NCBI GenBank assembly: GCA_905479815.1
Contig: CAJQOA010000019.1
Coordinates: 758 to 64,757, forward strand
DNA length: 64,000 nt
From: an uncultured Psychroserpens sp.
GTDB taxonomy: Bacteria; Bacteroidota; Bacteroidia; Flavobacteriales; Flavobacteriaceae
Direction: 5' to 3'
Under the pieces are notes generated by a model. The model saw only the letters and a program-made list of their open reading frames with translations, had not been told where the DNA came from and made no database searches. Position 1 is the first letter of the stretch; each line of letters starts with the position of its first letter. A program made the translations under genes and the position numbers. Shown here piece after piece: positions 41,218 to 51,360 of this stretch.

Positions 41218-41847
41218 ATGAAAAAATTAATAGCCCTTTTTACTTTTGTCTGCATGTTCGGACTTCAACAATCAGTCACAGCACAGAACAATTCAAATGT
41301 TTCTGAAGAACAAAAGGAATCGTATTTAGAACGTCATCCTATATATGATTATAATGAACTTCAATTAAGCGCAACAGATAGTATCCCTGATTTTGAATCA
41401 AAAGAACAACAACTTAAAATTACAGGTACTATATATAAAAGTGATGGTGTGACACCAGCAGAAGGTATCATACTATATATAGAACAAGCCGATGAAAATG
41501 GTGATTTCGATTTAAGAGAAAAAAATGATAAGCGCTATGCTCACCATAGAGGTTGGGTTAAGACAGATGCTAATGGTCGTTATACTATATATACATTTGT
41601 ACCAGGAAACGATAGACGTTACAATCAACTCTCACAACTATTTCCTGCAATAAAGGAACCATCTAAGCCAAATTATAATTTAGAATCTTTTTTGTTTGAT
41701 ACTGATCCAATGCTTACAAAGCTATGTCGTAAAAAAATTGCAAAAAAAGGAGATCCAACAAGAATATTGAAACCTATCAAAAAGGATGGATTGTTAATTG
41801 TTGAGAAAAATATAGTATTGTCTTCAAATACTATTGCTTCAAATTAA
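41218..41847 (+). CDS. Secreted intradiol dioxygenase-fold protein (iron ligands apparently absent)
   Basis: LKITGTIYKSDG.TP...QAD..G, HRGWVKTDANGRY...T..PG. Confidence 0.75.
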   Translation: MKKLIALFTFVCMFGLQQSVTAQNNSNVSEEQKESYLERHPIYDYNELQLSATDSIPDFESKEQQLKITGTIYKSDGVTPAEGIILYIEQADENGDFDLREKNDKRYAHHRGWVKTDANGRYTIYTFVPGNDRRYNQLSQLFPAIKEPSKPNYNLESFLFDTDPMLTKLCRKKIAKKGDPTRILKPIKKDGLLIVEKNIVLSSNTIASN

Positions 41848-41856
41848 TTTAGGTAT

Positions 41857-42774
41857 TTATTTTTCAATGACCAATTTCTGACCAATTTTAAGAGTCGAAT
41901 TACGTTTTATAGTATTCGTTCTACATATAGAAGTAATAGAAACGTTATTGCGTTTTGAAATTCGTGATAAGGTATCACCAGATTTAACAACATAGATGGA
42001 CTTCTGTTTAATGAGGCTCGCAATAGCTTCTTCTTCAGAAAAGAGCAATTCAATTTTACTTTGTCTTTTAGAATTATGATAAATAGGTCGTGTCCATTTT
42101 TTTGTAATCCAAAGTTCTTGACTTCTTATAGTATTATCACCATTAAAAGTAAAGAGATACTCTGGGTTTATAGAAACACCTTTATAATTTACGACTAGAT
42201 GTAAGTGGCTTCCTCTAGCATTTCCAGATACACCACCTTTACCAAGATATTGCCCTTTACTTAAGGTGTCGTTTTCTTTTACACCATATTCAGATAAATG
42301 TGCATACACAGTTTCTAGACCATTAAAATGTCTAACAACAACTGTTTTACCATGACCTCTACTATACCGAGACATTCTAACAATACCATCAAACATACTA
42401 TATAAACTATCTCCAGTTACTAAATCAATATCAATACCTTTATGAGCTCGTCCTCTTCTCCAGCCATAACGAGACGTTACAACTTTGTTTTTGTGAATAG
42501 GTGAGTGGTATGTAGAATCTTTAAATTGAAGTTGCAAAGGAAATGTAACAGATGCATCTCTATATGGATTATAAACAGTGTGATCCCAATACTGGGCTTT
42601 AATATCTTGAGGAATGATAGTATCCTTAATAACAATAGTTTCAGTTTTTACTGAATCATTTGTAATGGGTTTAATATTTAATTCTGAAAAATCTATTAAT
42701 TGGAGATGTGGTTCTTTTTGAGCCGTTACGCTTAAAGAAAACGTAATTAGAATACAGATGCATAAAAATTTCAT
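41857..42774 (-). CDS. M23 peptidoglycan endopeptidase with LysM domain
   Basis: HKGID, YAHL, HLH; C-terminal YVVKSGDTLSRIS LysM. Confidence 0.92.
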   Translation of the reverse strand: MKFLCICILITFSLSVTAQKEPHLQLIDFSELNIKPITNDSVKTETIVIKDTIIPQDIKAQYWDHTVYNPYRDASVTFPLQLQFKDSTYHSPIHKNKVVTSRYGWRRGRAHKGIDIDLVTGDSLYSMFDGIVRMSRYSRGHGKTVVVRHFNGLETVYAHLSEYGVKENDTLSKGQYLGKGGVSGNARGSHLHLVVNYKGVSINPEYLFTFNGDNTIRSQELWITKKWTRPIYHNSKRQSKIELLFSEEEAIASLIKQKSIYVVKSGDTLSRISKRNNVSITSICRTNTIKRNSTLKIGQKLVIEK

Positions 42775-42947
42775 AAGAGGAAGCGGATAATTAATTTTTT
42801 CAAAGTCCGAATTTAAAGAAAATAAAACGTTCTCTAGTGTTAATGTATTGTTAGAATTACTGTTAAAAAACTAATTTTAACAAATAGCGTAATGATATAA
42901 TGTTTACAATTCACCAGAAACAAAGGGTTATACATCAAAAACCAATC

Positions 42948-42963
42948 TTGGCATCATTGTTGG
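42948..42963 (+). promoter_or_regulatory. Possible sigma54-like -24/-12 element upstream of cold-shock gene
   Basis: TTGGCATCATTGTTGG; inverted repeat TGTTAAAA-N6-TTTTAACA at 42861-42882. Confidence 0.35.
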
Positions 42964-43000
42964 GTTACAGTTAGTATTAATAATAAATTATATTACAATT

Positions 43001-43192
43001 ATGAGTAAAGGAACAGTAAAATTTTTCAATGACGCCAAAGGTTTTGGATTCATTACAGAAGAAGGTTCAAACGAAGAACATTTTGTTCACATTTCTGGAT
43101 TAATCGATGAAATTCGCGAAGGCGATACCGTTGAATTTGATCTTACAGAAGGAAAAAAAGGATTAAACGCAATTAACGTTAAAGTTATTTAA
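43001..43192 (+). CDS. Cold-shock protein (CspA family)
   Basis: GTVKFFN..KGFGFI (RNP1), FVHIS (RNP2). Confidence 0.96.
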   Translation: MSKGTVKFFNDAKGFGFITEEGSNEEHFVHISGLIDEIREGDTVEFDLTEGKKGLNAINVKVI

Positions 43193-43214
43193 TATACGCT
43201 TAACCACAAATTGG

Positions 43215-43244
43215 AAAGCCCATCACTAAGTGATGGGCTTTTTT
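43215..43244 (+). terminator. Rho-independent terminator
   Basis: AAAGCCCATCAC-taa-GTGATGGGCTTTTTT. Confidence 0.88.
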
Positions 43245-43302
43245 TGTTTTAATAATGAAGAGTTAGTTAATGAGTATCAATTCATAAAGTCATAATAATT
43301 TA

Positions 43303-43935
43303 TTATTCTATGTATGTAATCAAATCACTCTTAGGTTTTCTCACTTTTACAAGATCTACTAACCAATCATCTTCTTTTGCTCTGTAACCAATAGGTAATA
43401 ATACAGTACTGCGTAGTCCTTTTTCTCGTAACCCTAAAATGTCATCTACTTTATCTGCGCTAAAACCTTCCATTGGTGTACAGTCTACTTTTTCGTAAGC
43501 TGCTGCTATCATTGACATACCAAGAGCGATGTAAGCTTGCTTTGCTGCATGATTAAAGTTTTCTTCTGGATCTTGTTGTGGGTAAATATTTAGCAATTGC
43601 TGTCTATAATTTTCCCAACCTTCATTTTTAAAACCACGAATTTCATTGGTTAAATCGAACATGTAATTAATGCGATCTACAGTGTAATTATCCCAAGCTG
43701 CAAACACAAAAAGATGAGAACAGTCTGTCACCACAGATTGATTCCAAGCTACAGGTCTGATTTGTTCTTTGAGCTCTTGATTAGTTATAACTATGATTTC
43801 AAAAGGTTGTAAGCCACTTGATGTTGGCGCTAAACGTGCAGCTTCAATGATTCTTTCTATGATTTCTTGATCTACCTTTTCACCGTTCATGGCTTTGGCA
43901 GCATATCTCCAATTTAATTTATCTAATAATTCCAT
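43303..43935 (-). CDS. Nitroreductase (NfsB-like NAD(P)H flavin oxidoreductase)
   Basis: WRYAAK, LAPTSSGLQP, PMEGF, IGYR. Confidence 0.92.
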   Translation of the reverse strand: MELLDKLNWRYAAKAMNGEKVDQEIIERIIEAARLAPTSSGLQPFEIIVITNQELKEQIRPVAWNQSVVTDCSHLFVFAAWDNYTVDRINYMFDLTNEIRGFKNEGWENYRQQLLNIYPQQDPEENFNHAAKQAYIALGMSMIAAAYEKVDCTPMEGFSADKVDDILGLREKGLRSTVLLPIGYRAKEDDWLVDLVKVRKPKSDLITYIE

Positions 43936-44040
43936 ATGTATCGTTATTGTTAAACTCAAAAGTAAAACATTTTAAACTGAAGCATTAATCCTTGTAATAT
44001 AGAATTTCAATACTTTAAAATCTTCGAAGTGATAAAGAGA

Positions 44041-44781
44041 CTATGACTTTACTTTAATAGGTTTTAAATGAATTAATCCAAAAGCATCTAATACTTTTAT
44101 TATAACATAAGTGATATCAATTTCATACCATTTTACACCAAAGTTAGCACGACTTGCATGTTTATGATGATTATTGTGATAACCTTCTCCCATCATTAAA
44201 AAATCAAAACGAAATAAATTTTTACTCGTATTCTTCATTTTAAAATTCACATAACCATAAATATGACCAAACCAATTAATGATCACACCATGAATTGGAG
44301 CCATTAAAAATGTGATTGGTAATAAAAGCCATTGCCACCAAGACGTTACAAATAAAGCAAAGAATAAGATGTATAAACCAATCCATAACACTCTAGACCA
44401 ACGAGAACTTGCAAAACTATCAAAGGTTTCCCATTGTGGAACATTTTTAGTAAAACGCTCATCTACTGTGATGCGTTGTGTATTGATGTCTTGATAAATG
44501 GTTTTAGTTTTCCACATCATAGCAAATACGTTTGCATCATGTGATGGTGAGTGTGGATCTTTTTCTGTATCTGTGTAGGCGTGATGCATACGATGCATGA
44601 TTCCGTAGCCATAAGCACTTAAGTAGCTTGAGCCTTGAAAAACCCAAGTCAAAACAAAAGTAATTCGCTCCATAGTTTTAGACATTGTAAACACCTGGTG
44701 AGCAGCATAACGATGTAAAAAGAAAGACTGAAAAAACAAGCCTCCATACCAAAGCACTAAGACAAAAATAATAATGACCAT
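44041..44781 (-). CDS. Acyl-CoA (delta-9-type) fatty acid desaturase
   Basis: His boxes HRYAAH, HRMHH, HNNHH. Confidence 0.92.
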   Translation of the reverse strand: MVIIIFVLVLWYGGLFFQSFFLHRYAAHQVFTMSKTMERITFVLTWVFQGSSYLSAYGYGIMHRMHHAYTDTEKDPHSPSHDANVFAMMWKTKTIYQDINTQRITVDERFTKNVPQWETFDSFASSRWSRVLWIGLYILFFALFVTSWWQWLLLPITFLMAPIHGVIINWFGHIYGYVNFKMKNTSKNLFRFDFLMMGEGYHNNHHKHASRANFGVKWYEIDITYVIIKVLDAFGLIHLKPIKVKS

Positions 44782-44837
44782 AACTTTTTTTGCAAAGATA
44801 CTTGCATGTTATGTACCAAACAATGAACCTAAATCAA

Positions 44838-45452
44838 TTAAATACGCTTTCTAATTCTACTTAATGCTTGAGCAGTGACACCAATATAAGAACTAATGTA
44901 TTTTAATGGAATGACCTTTAATAGTTCTGGTCGTTCTTTAAAAAGCTTTAAATAGCGCTCTTCTGCAGTTAAATTCAATAAGTTTTGTTCGCGTTTTGAT
45001 TTTAATAAAAAGAGACGCTCGGCAGTTAATCTTCCAATAAGATTTCCGATTTGTGTTGTGCTGTAGACCTCTTGCAAATCATTATAAGTAATACTTAAAA
45101 TTGTTGTTTTTGTTAATGCTTGTAGTTGATAAGCAGAAGGTGTTTGGGTTAAAAACGAATCATAAGCACTTATAAATTGATCTTTAAAGCTAAATCCAAA
45201 TGTGATTTCTTTTTCAGAATCTTCCTTCGGAATAAATAAACGTACCACTCCAGATTCTATAAACGAAATATGGTTTTCTATGGCATTTAACTTTAAAAAA
45301 ATAGCTTTCTTCGGAATTTCACGACGTTGTAATTTGGACGTAAAAAACTCCCAGTCAGAGTTTGATATCGTAGCAATTTGATCTAGATAAGTTTTTATTT
45401 GTTGCACGTTTGTAGTAGCCGTATGAGTTGATTGCGCAATATAAGTATTCAT
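44838..45452 (-). CDS. Crp/Fnr family transcriptional regulator
   Basis: cNMP-binding region FIESGVVR; AEERY...IPLKYISSYIGVT..ALSRIR; start uncertain. Confidence 0.9.
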   Translation of the reverse strand: MNTYIAQSTHTATTNVQQIKTYLDQIATISNSDWEFFTSKLQRREIPKKAIFLKLNAIENHISFIESGVVRLFIPKEDSEKEITFGFSFKDQFISAYDSFLTQTPSAYQLQALTKTTILSITYNDLQEVYSTTQIGNLIGRLTAERLFLLKSKREQNLLNLTAEERYLKLFKERPELLKVIPLKYISSYIGVTAQALSRIRKRI

Positions 45453-45542
45453 ATCGCGAGAGAAAATAATTAACAATTATTATTTTTTTCAGGAATTATT
45501 AAAGCAGAGTTGTTCTATTAATGAACCTTAAAAACTATTATT

Positions 45543-45968
45543 ATGAAAAAGACATTATTTATTTTATTGGCACTAACCATACTAAATTGTTCATCAGATG
45601 ATTCAAATATTGAAGCTCCAACTGAACAAGCCGAAGCTACCATTTTGGGTAGATGGGTTTTAGTAGGATTTGAAGACGCTATACGCTATGAATTTACTGA
45701 AACCAAACGTTTTACATTATACAGTAGTGATGGAGTATTCCCAACATTAGAAGAGTTTAATGAAGAAAACCCAGGATTAACAGGTAATGATTGGTATTAC
45801 GAAGGTGAAAAAATTACAGTGGATCTTAATTTTGGAAACTTCTCAACATTGACACCTCAATTTACGTGTGATAATTATGTTGTGAAATTGCTTGATGATG
45901 ATGGTGAAACACACAGTATTTATTTTAGAGAAGATTATGACACATCTACTTGCGCAGATATAGAATAG
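45543..45968 (+). CDS. Hypothetical lipoprotein (lipocalin-like)
   Basis: Lipobox ILNC-SSDD; ILGRW. Confidence 0.75.
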   Translation: MKKTLFILLALTILNCSSDDSNIEAPTEQAEATILGRWVLVGFEDAIRYEFTETKRFTLYSSDGVFPTLEEFNEENPGLTGNDWYYEGEKITVDLNFGNFSTLTPQFTCDNYVVKLLDDDGETHSIYFREDYDTSTCADIE

Positions 45969-45989
45969 ACATGTGTCTATGATTAGCCC

Positions 45990-46026
45990 GAAAAAGTCAT
46001 AAACAATTTATGTTTATGGCTTTTTC
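45990..46026 (+). terminator. Probable terminator
   Basis: GAAAAAGTCATAAACA-attta-TGTTTATGGCTTTTTC. Confidence 0.65.
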
Positions 46027-46081
46027 ATTTTTAAACAGGAACAAATTATTTCACTTATATTGTAAATAAAAACCAAACGCT

Positions 46082-49000
46082 ATGAAAAAAGTTACTTGCC
46101 TAATCGTTTTTTTTATAACCTCATCCATTTTTGCTCAATCTTCAGCTCCTATAAAATCAGGAGAATTATATAAATCTGCTCCAGAGTGGGCTAAAGCTAT
46201 GTATACTGATAATCCAAATGTTGATACTGTTGATGATTTATATAAGGCCTATTTCCGAAGTCATTCATTTAAAAAATCTTATCACACTCAATACTACAAA
46301 AGATGGCGTAAGGCTGTTAATAGTTTTATTGGAGATGATGGGTATTATGATCCTTCAAAAAAGGTTAGACTTAGAGAACTTCTAGATGAAAGAACTGCTA
46401 ATAGTGAATCGGGTTCTCAAAGAAGAGTAGGTAATTGGTCTGTACTAGGGCCTTTTGAAAATTTACGAGAAGGAGGTGCCATTTCAAGTGGTGCACAAAC
46501 CAATGTTTATAGTGTTGGACAATGTGAATCGTTTCCTGATGTGATGTATTGTGGTACAGAAAACGGCGAAGTTTATAAGAGTATAAATAGTGGAGATTCT
46601 TGGACAAATGTTTCACTTAATTTAGTCACAGCACTTGCTCCTCAAGTTGTTTTGGCAAATGCAGGTGTTGCAGCAATAGCTGTTCATCCTACAAATCCTG
46701 ATATTGTATATGCAGGTTCAGGTAGTGAGATATTTAAGACTATAAATGGAGGTACAAATTGGAATGTTGTTTTTGATAGCAATATTGCTTTGTCTGGTTA
46801 TATTGAAAATCCAGCTGAGATTTTTATTAACCCAGTAAATCCTCAAATAGTATTAGTAGCAAGTAAAGCAGGAATGCATAGAACTATGAATGGAGGAGCT
46901 ACTTGGTCACAAACACTAAATTTTGAGTGCTTTGATGTAAAAGCTCGACCAGGAAATCCAAATATTTTATACACTGTTAGACGAAATAATGTTAATGAGT
47001 TACATCAGTTTTTAAGATCTACAGATGGTGGATTAACTTGGACACCACAAACAGCAGGTTGGTATAATTCTACGAACCCAAACCGTGAAGTTGTTGGTGC
47101 AAGAATTGCTGTTTCTAATGCAGATAATCAAAGAGTATATGCGTATTTAATTGGTGATTCAAAACCTGGCGATAATGGTTTTATAGGTATTTATAGAAGT
47201 GATAACGGTGGTACTAGTTGGATAAATACTATGACTTATGATGGCGCACCTTATACAGTTCCAGATCATCCAAACCTTATTTCTTCAACGCCAATTACAG
47301 AGGCTTTTAGTTTCAATCAAGGCTTTTATAATTGTGCAATCATGGCATCAAATACTAATGCAGATGAACTTTTAGTTGGAGGTATTGGTATGTGGCGATC
47401 TGGTGATGGTGGACAAACATTTCAATGTATCTACAATTATGTGTGCGGAGATTATGAACCAATGCATGTAGATATGCAAGATTTTAGAGCTTTTGGAAAC
47501 GAATACTGGGCAAGTACAGATGGCGGGATTTATAAATCTTTCGACTTATTTAATACGCAACCAGAATTTAAAATGAATGGCGTACATGGCGTAGATTTTT
47601 GGGGATTTGGTTCTGGCTGGAACAATGACTTACTAGTTGGAGGTACTTTTCATAACGGCGTAGATGTGTATTATGAAGGGTTTCCTAGCGGTACATTTTT
47701 AGATTTAGGAGGTGGTGAGCCAGCCTCAGGGTATGTTAATCCTGGTAATGATTTGAGAATTTATTCTGAAAATATTGGTAGTAAAATTATTCCGCAATCA
47801 ATAGCTGGAGCAGTCATAAATGCACCAATGGGATTATTACCTACTGAAAGTCCTTGGTTTGCACAATCTTCAGAAATGGAATTTCACCCAAGTTGTTATA
47901 ATCATGTGTATTTAGGTAATGCAAATCAACTTTTTAAAAGTACAGATGGTGGTGCTAATTATAATGCCGTTTACACATCTCCATTGGCTACCAATGAAAT
48001 TCTAGGTATTGAAATATCACGCACTAATACAAATACGATGTACGTTGTAGAGCGTAACCAAAACAGTAATCCAGTACTTATTAAAACAACAGATGATTGG
48101 ATCACAACAAGTACCATTACATTACCAACAAATTCTGGTTTTACGAGATTAGCTAAGATTAGTCTTGATCCTGAAAATGATCAAATTATTTGGTTGGCAT
48201 TTCCAAGAGGTGCTGATGGTAGTAAGATATTTAAGTCTATTGATGGTGGAACATCTTGGATCAATGAAACATCTAGTGAATTAGATGCTCAAAATATTCA
48301 AGATATCACAACTATTGGAGGTACAGATGGTGGTGTTTACGTTGGCACGAGTGCTTCGGTATATTATAAAAATAATGGTATGAGTTCATGGGGAATTGAT
48401 AATGCTAATTTACCAGCAACTATTGGTACTAGTGGAATAAGACCATTTTATCGTGATGGTAAAATAAGATTGGCTAGCTATGGTAAAGGTATTTGGGAAA
48501 GTGCATTGTTTGAAACACCTAGTCGTCCAGTGGCTAAGATTATGGTAGATAAATTAGAAGCTAATTGTACTAATGATGTTTTTTATTTTGATGATTATTC
48601 TATGCTAAATCATGCAGGAGCAACTTGGGCTTGGACGTTTGAAAATGGAAATATCGCAACATCAAATATTCGAAACCCTCAAGTGACATTTAGCGTTACA
48701 GGAACTCACTTAATAACACTAACAGTCACAAATGCTTTAGGGGTTCAATCAAGTGATTCTATAACAATAGATCTATTAGAGATTGAATCTACAGCAATTA
48801 TGGAAGATTTTGAAATAGACTTTGTGCCTCAAAATTGGCTTCTAGAATCTACAGGGAATTTTTCTTGGAGCTATAATAATGCCGTTGGAGGTTTTGGAAA
48901 CTCGACGAACTCTATGTCTGTAAATAATTATGTGATTTCAGATGTTGGAGCCTATTGTGATGCCATTATCCCAATAAATTTATCAAATGAAACTACAAAC

Positions 49001-49573
49001 AGCACATTGACTTTTGATGTGGCTTATGCATTGTATGCAGATAACTATGCAGATGCCCTAGAAGTTTTGGTGTCTACAGATTGTGGAGAAACCTACACAT
49101 CTGTTTATAATAAAATTGGTGCCGATTTAGCAACAGCACCAAGTACGACTGAACAATTTATACCAGCTGCAGATCAATGGCGAACAGATAGTATAGATCT
49201 CTCGGCTTATGTTGGATCAAGCTCTGTATATATTGCTTTTAGAAATATTAATGGATTTGGCCAAGCATTGTATATAGATAATATAAATCTTGGTAGCACT
49301 TTAAACGTAGAGGAGGAAGCTTTAGAAACGCTCACAATATTTCCAAACCCTGTATCTCCAAATGGAGCACTAACAGTTAAGAATAATTTAGATGATGATA
49401 TTGAGTTTAAACTGTTTAGTATTCAAGGTCAATTGATTGGTGCCAGATTTACACAATCAAATACACCAATTCCTTTAAGTCCTTGGAATTTAAGTACAGG
49501 CGTATATTTATACAGTATTAGGTCAAGTGACAAAATTCAAAAAGGTAAAATAATAGTTGCCGATAGGAAATAG
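46082..49573 (+). CDS. T9SS type-A cargo: BNR/Asp-box (VPS10-like) propeller, PKD and adhesin-like domain
   Basis: Multiple S.DGG.TW Asp-boxes; PKD (WAWTF...NP.VTF...G); LYIDNI; CTD IFPNP...LSTGVYLY...KIIV. Confidence 0.87.
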   Translation: MKKVTCLIVFFITSSIFAQSSAPIKSGELYKSAPEWAKAMYTDNPNVDTVDDLYKAYFRSHSFKKSYHTQYYKRWRKAVNSFIGDDGYYDPSKKVRLRELLDERTANSESGSQRRVGNWSVLGPFENLREGGAISSGAQTNVYSVGQCESFPDVMYCGTENGEVYKSINSGDSWTNVSLNLVTALAPQVVLANAGVAAIAVHPTNPDIVYAGSGSEIFKTINGGTNWNVVFDSNIALSGYIENPAEIFINPVNPQIVLVASKAGMHRTMNGGATWSQTLNFECFDVKARPGNPNILYTVRRNNVNELHQFLRSTDGGLTWTPQTAGWYNSTNPNREVVGARIAVSNADNQRVYAYLIGDSKPGDNGFIGIYRSDNGGTSWINTMTYDGAPYTVPDHPNLISSTPITEAFSFNQGFYNCAIMASNTNADELLVGGIGMWRSGDGGQTFQCIYNYVCGDYEPMHVDMQDFRAFGNEYWASTDGGIYKSFDLFNTQPEFKMNGVHGVDFWGFGSGWNNDLLVGGTFHNGVDVYYEGFPSGTFLDLGGGEPASGYVNPGNDLRIYSENIGSKIIPQSIAGAVINAPMGLLPTESPWFAQSSEMEFHPSCYNHVYLGNANQLFKSTDGGANYNAVYTSPLATNEILGIEISRTNTNTMYVVERNQNSNPVLIKTTDDWITTSTITLPTNSGFTRLAKISLDPENDQIIWLAFPRGADGSKIFKSIDGGTSWINETSSELDAQNIQDITTIGGTDGGVYVGTSASVYYKNNGMSSWGIDNANLPATIGTSGIRPFYRDGKIRLASYGKGIWESALFETPSRPVAKIMVDKLEANCTNDVFYFDDYSMLNHAGATWAWTFENGNIATSNIRNPQVTFSVTGTHLITLTVTNALGVQSSDSITIDLLEIESTAIMEDFEIDFVPQNWLLESTGNFSWSYNNAVGGFGNSTNSMSVNNYVISDVGAYCDAIIPINLSNETTNSTLTFDVAYALYADNYADALEVLVSTDCGETYTSVYNKIGADLATAPSTTEQFIPAADQWRTDSIDLSAYVGSSSVYIAFRNINGFGQALYIDNINLGSTLNVEEEALETLTIFPNPVSPNGALTVKNNLDDDIEFKLFSIQGQLIGARFTQSNTPIPLSPWNLSTGVYLYSIRSSDKIQKGKIIVADRK

Positions 49574-49590
49574 GTATTTATTCAATAGAT

Positions 49591-49629
49591 TTAAGAAGCC
49601 ACAAATAGTATCTATTTGTGGCTTCTTAA
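49591..49629. terminator. Bidirectional terminator-like hairpin
   Basis: TTAAGAAGCCACAAATAG-tat-CTATTTGTGGCTTCTTAA between convergent genes. Confidence 0.8.
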
Positions 49630-49637
49630 GTTTAAAA

Positions 49638-50996
49638 TCAAATTACGACTTGTAAAGGATTGTCTTTTAATAATCGTGTTCTCAAAATCTTTTGAATATC
49701 AATATTGTCTTTCTGCGGAATTAAAAAATTATTCAAATCGTCTTGATGATTCACCTGTTCTTCATGACCAATAAAACCATAACCTAAATAGACATTGTCT
49801 TTAATCCAGATAAACGCTTCTTCGTTTGAAGCTCTACCTTTTTCTTTTAGGATGACATCTTTTTTATCTTCGGAAATAGCTGCAATAGCTTGAAGTACTC
49901 TTTTATTATAGTTATCACTAGATTCTTCACCTCTGCAAATTCCTTTACAATCTGTTATGTTATAATGAGAACATTCCCATACAGATTCTTGTAAATGACA
50001 ATATTTAGGACATAAATTGTATTTAGAACACATCGTTTCCATATACAATCTTACATCTCTTACATTAAAAAACGTGATAATTGGGTTTGGTACTAAACGA
50101 CCTTTATTCATAGCGAGATGAATAACTCCATTCCTGTCCTCATAAGAGAAAATAGAGTAGGACTGAATGGTTCTTTTTGAAACCTTATTGTAGATGGGGA
50201 AGTTGTGTTTTATAGCAGCATCTTCCATCAATAGTGCAATTAACTCACTTCCTGATAATTCAAAATCAATATCTCGGGTTTCTCTAACCATATCAAGTGC
50301 TTTTTTTGTTTTGCTATAAAAATGACTGAGCACTCTTTTTTTGATATTTTTTGCTTTTCCAATGTAAATAATGGTTCCTTTTTTATCTTTAAAATAGTAA
50401 ATACCTGGAGTGCTTGGTAACGCTTCAAAAGTCTCTTTAGGTAAATTTGGAGGTAATGTCGCTTCTCTAGAATTCTTATTCATAAAGTCGCTAAATACTT
50501 CTGTCGATTTTGGTTGCTTCAGTAATAATTCAAATAAAATCACAGTCGCTTCTGCATCGCCTCTTGCTCTATGTCTATCTACTAACTCAATTTTTAAATC
50601 TTTACAAAGCTTACCTAAACTATATGATCTATAACCTGGTAGTAATTGTCGTGAGAGCCTTACTGTGCAGAGTTTTTTTCTTTTAAAATCTACTCCAATT
50701 GTTTTAAATTCTCCTCCAATCACATTGTAGTCAAAATTAACGTTATGCGCTACGAATATCGTGTCTTCAGTAATCCTTAATATATCTTCTGCAACATCTG
50801 CAAACACTGGAGCATTAGCTACGAGTTCATTATCGATTCCTGTTAGTGCTGTGATATGTCTAGGTATAAAGCTTTCTGGATTTATAAGTGTTGTGAATTC
50901 ATCGACTACTTTGTTTCCATCGTACTTGAAAATGGATATTTCAGTCATACGGTTTCCTTTTCCTGTAGTTTCAACATCTATAATGGTGTAGATCAT
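49638..50996 (-). CDS. DEDDh exonuclease (Pol III epsilon-like) fused to GIY-YIG (UvrC/Cho-like) domain
   Basis: IIDVETTG, AHNVNFD, HRARGDA; PGIYYF...YIGKA..I..R. Confidence 0.92.
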   Translation of the reverse strand: MIYTIIDVETTGKGNRMTEISIFKYDGNKVVDEFTTLINPESFIPRHITALTGIDNELVANAPVFADVAEDILRITEDTIFVAHNVNFDYNVIGGEFKTIGVDFKRKKLCTVRLSRQLLPGYRSYSLGKLCKDLKIELVDRHRARGDAEATVILFELLLKQPKSTEVFSDFMNKNSREATLPPNLPKETFEALPSTPGIYYFKDKKGTIIYIGKAKNIKKRVLSHFYSKTKKALDMVRETRDIDFELSGSELIALLMEDAAIKHNFPIYNKVSKRTIQSYSIFSYEDRNGVIHLAMNKGRLVPNPIITFFNVRDVRLYMETMCSKYNLCPKYCHLQESVWECSHYNITDCKGICRGEESSDNYNKRVLQAIAAISEDKKDVILKEKGRASNEEAFIWIKDNVYLGYGFIGHEEQVNHQDDLNNFLIPQKDNIDIQKILRTRLLKDNPLQVVI

Positions 50997-51180
50997 TTAC
51001 TTGAATATGTTACTTGTTTTTAACTCTAATTATTGTTTGGCTTTGATTGTTTTTAATAGGGTTTTAAAGATAAATATTTTTGATGGTAAAATTTGTAATA
51101 CATCGTTTTAAAAAACATATTTATTTATCTCATTAACTAGTAATAGTTCTAATTCTATTCGCATAGCAATAAAAGACGTT

Positions 51181-51360
51181 TATCTTTGCAGAAAAATAAA
51201 TTAAAGCGACATCTTCTCTGATATAAGAATTAACGAACACATGCTTCAAAATAAGTATAACCAGATCAAAGATCTCTGTTTTTACAGATATTAAATAAAA
51301 GGTTATTTTTGTGACGTTAATAATTTATCATAGAGATAGTGCAAATACAAAATAGAAGTA
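51181..51360 (+). promoter_or_regulatory. Promoter and ~165-nt structured 5' leader of cold-shock gene
   Basis: TATCTTTG 51181; nested pairings 51216-26/51325-35, 51229-35/51315-21, 51238-41/51310-13, 51257-62/51301-06. Confidence 0.55.

Noticed and set aside
51206-51342. 6S RNA or a known riboswitch
   Set aside because: No recognisable conserved motifs and no terminator before the csp ATG; treated as a 5' leader pending an Rfam search
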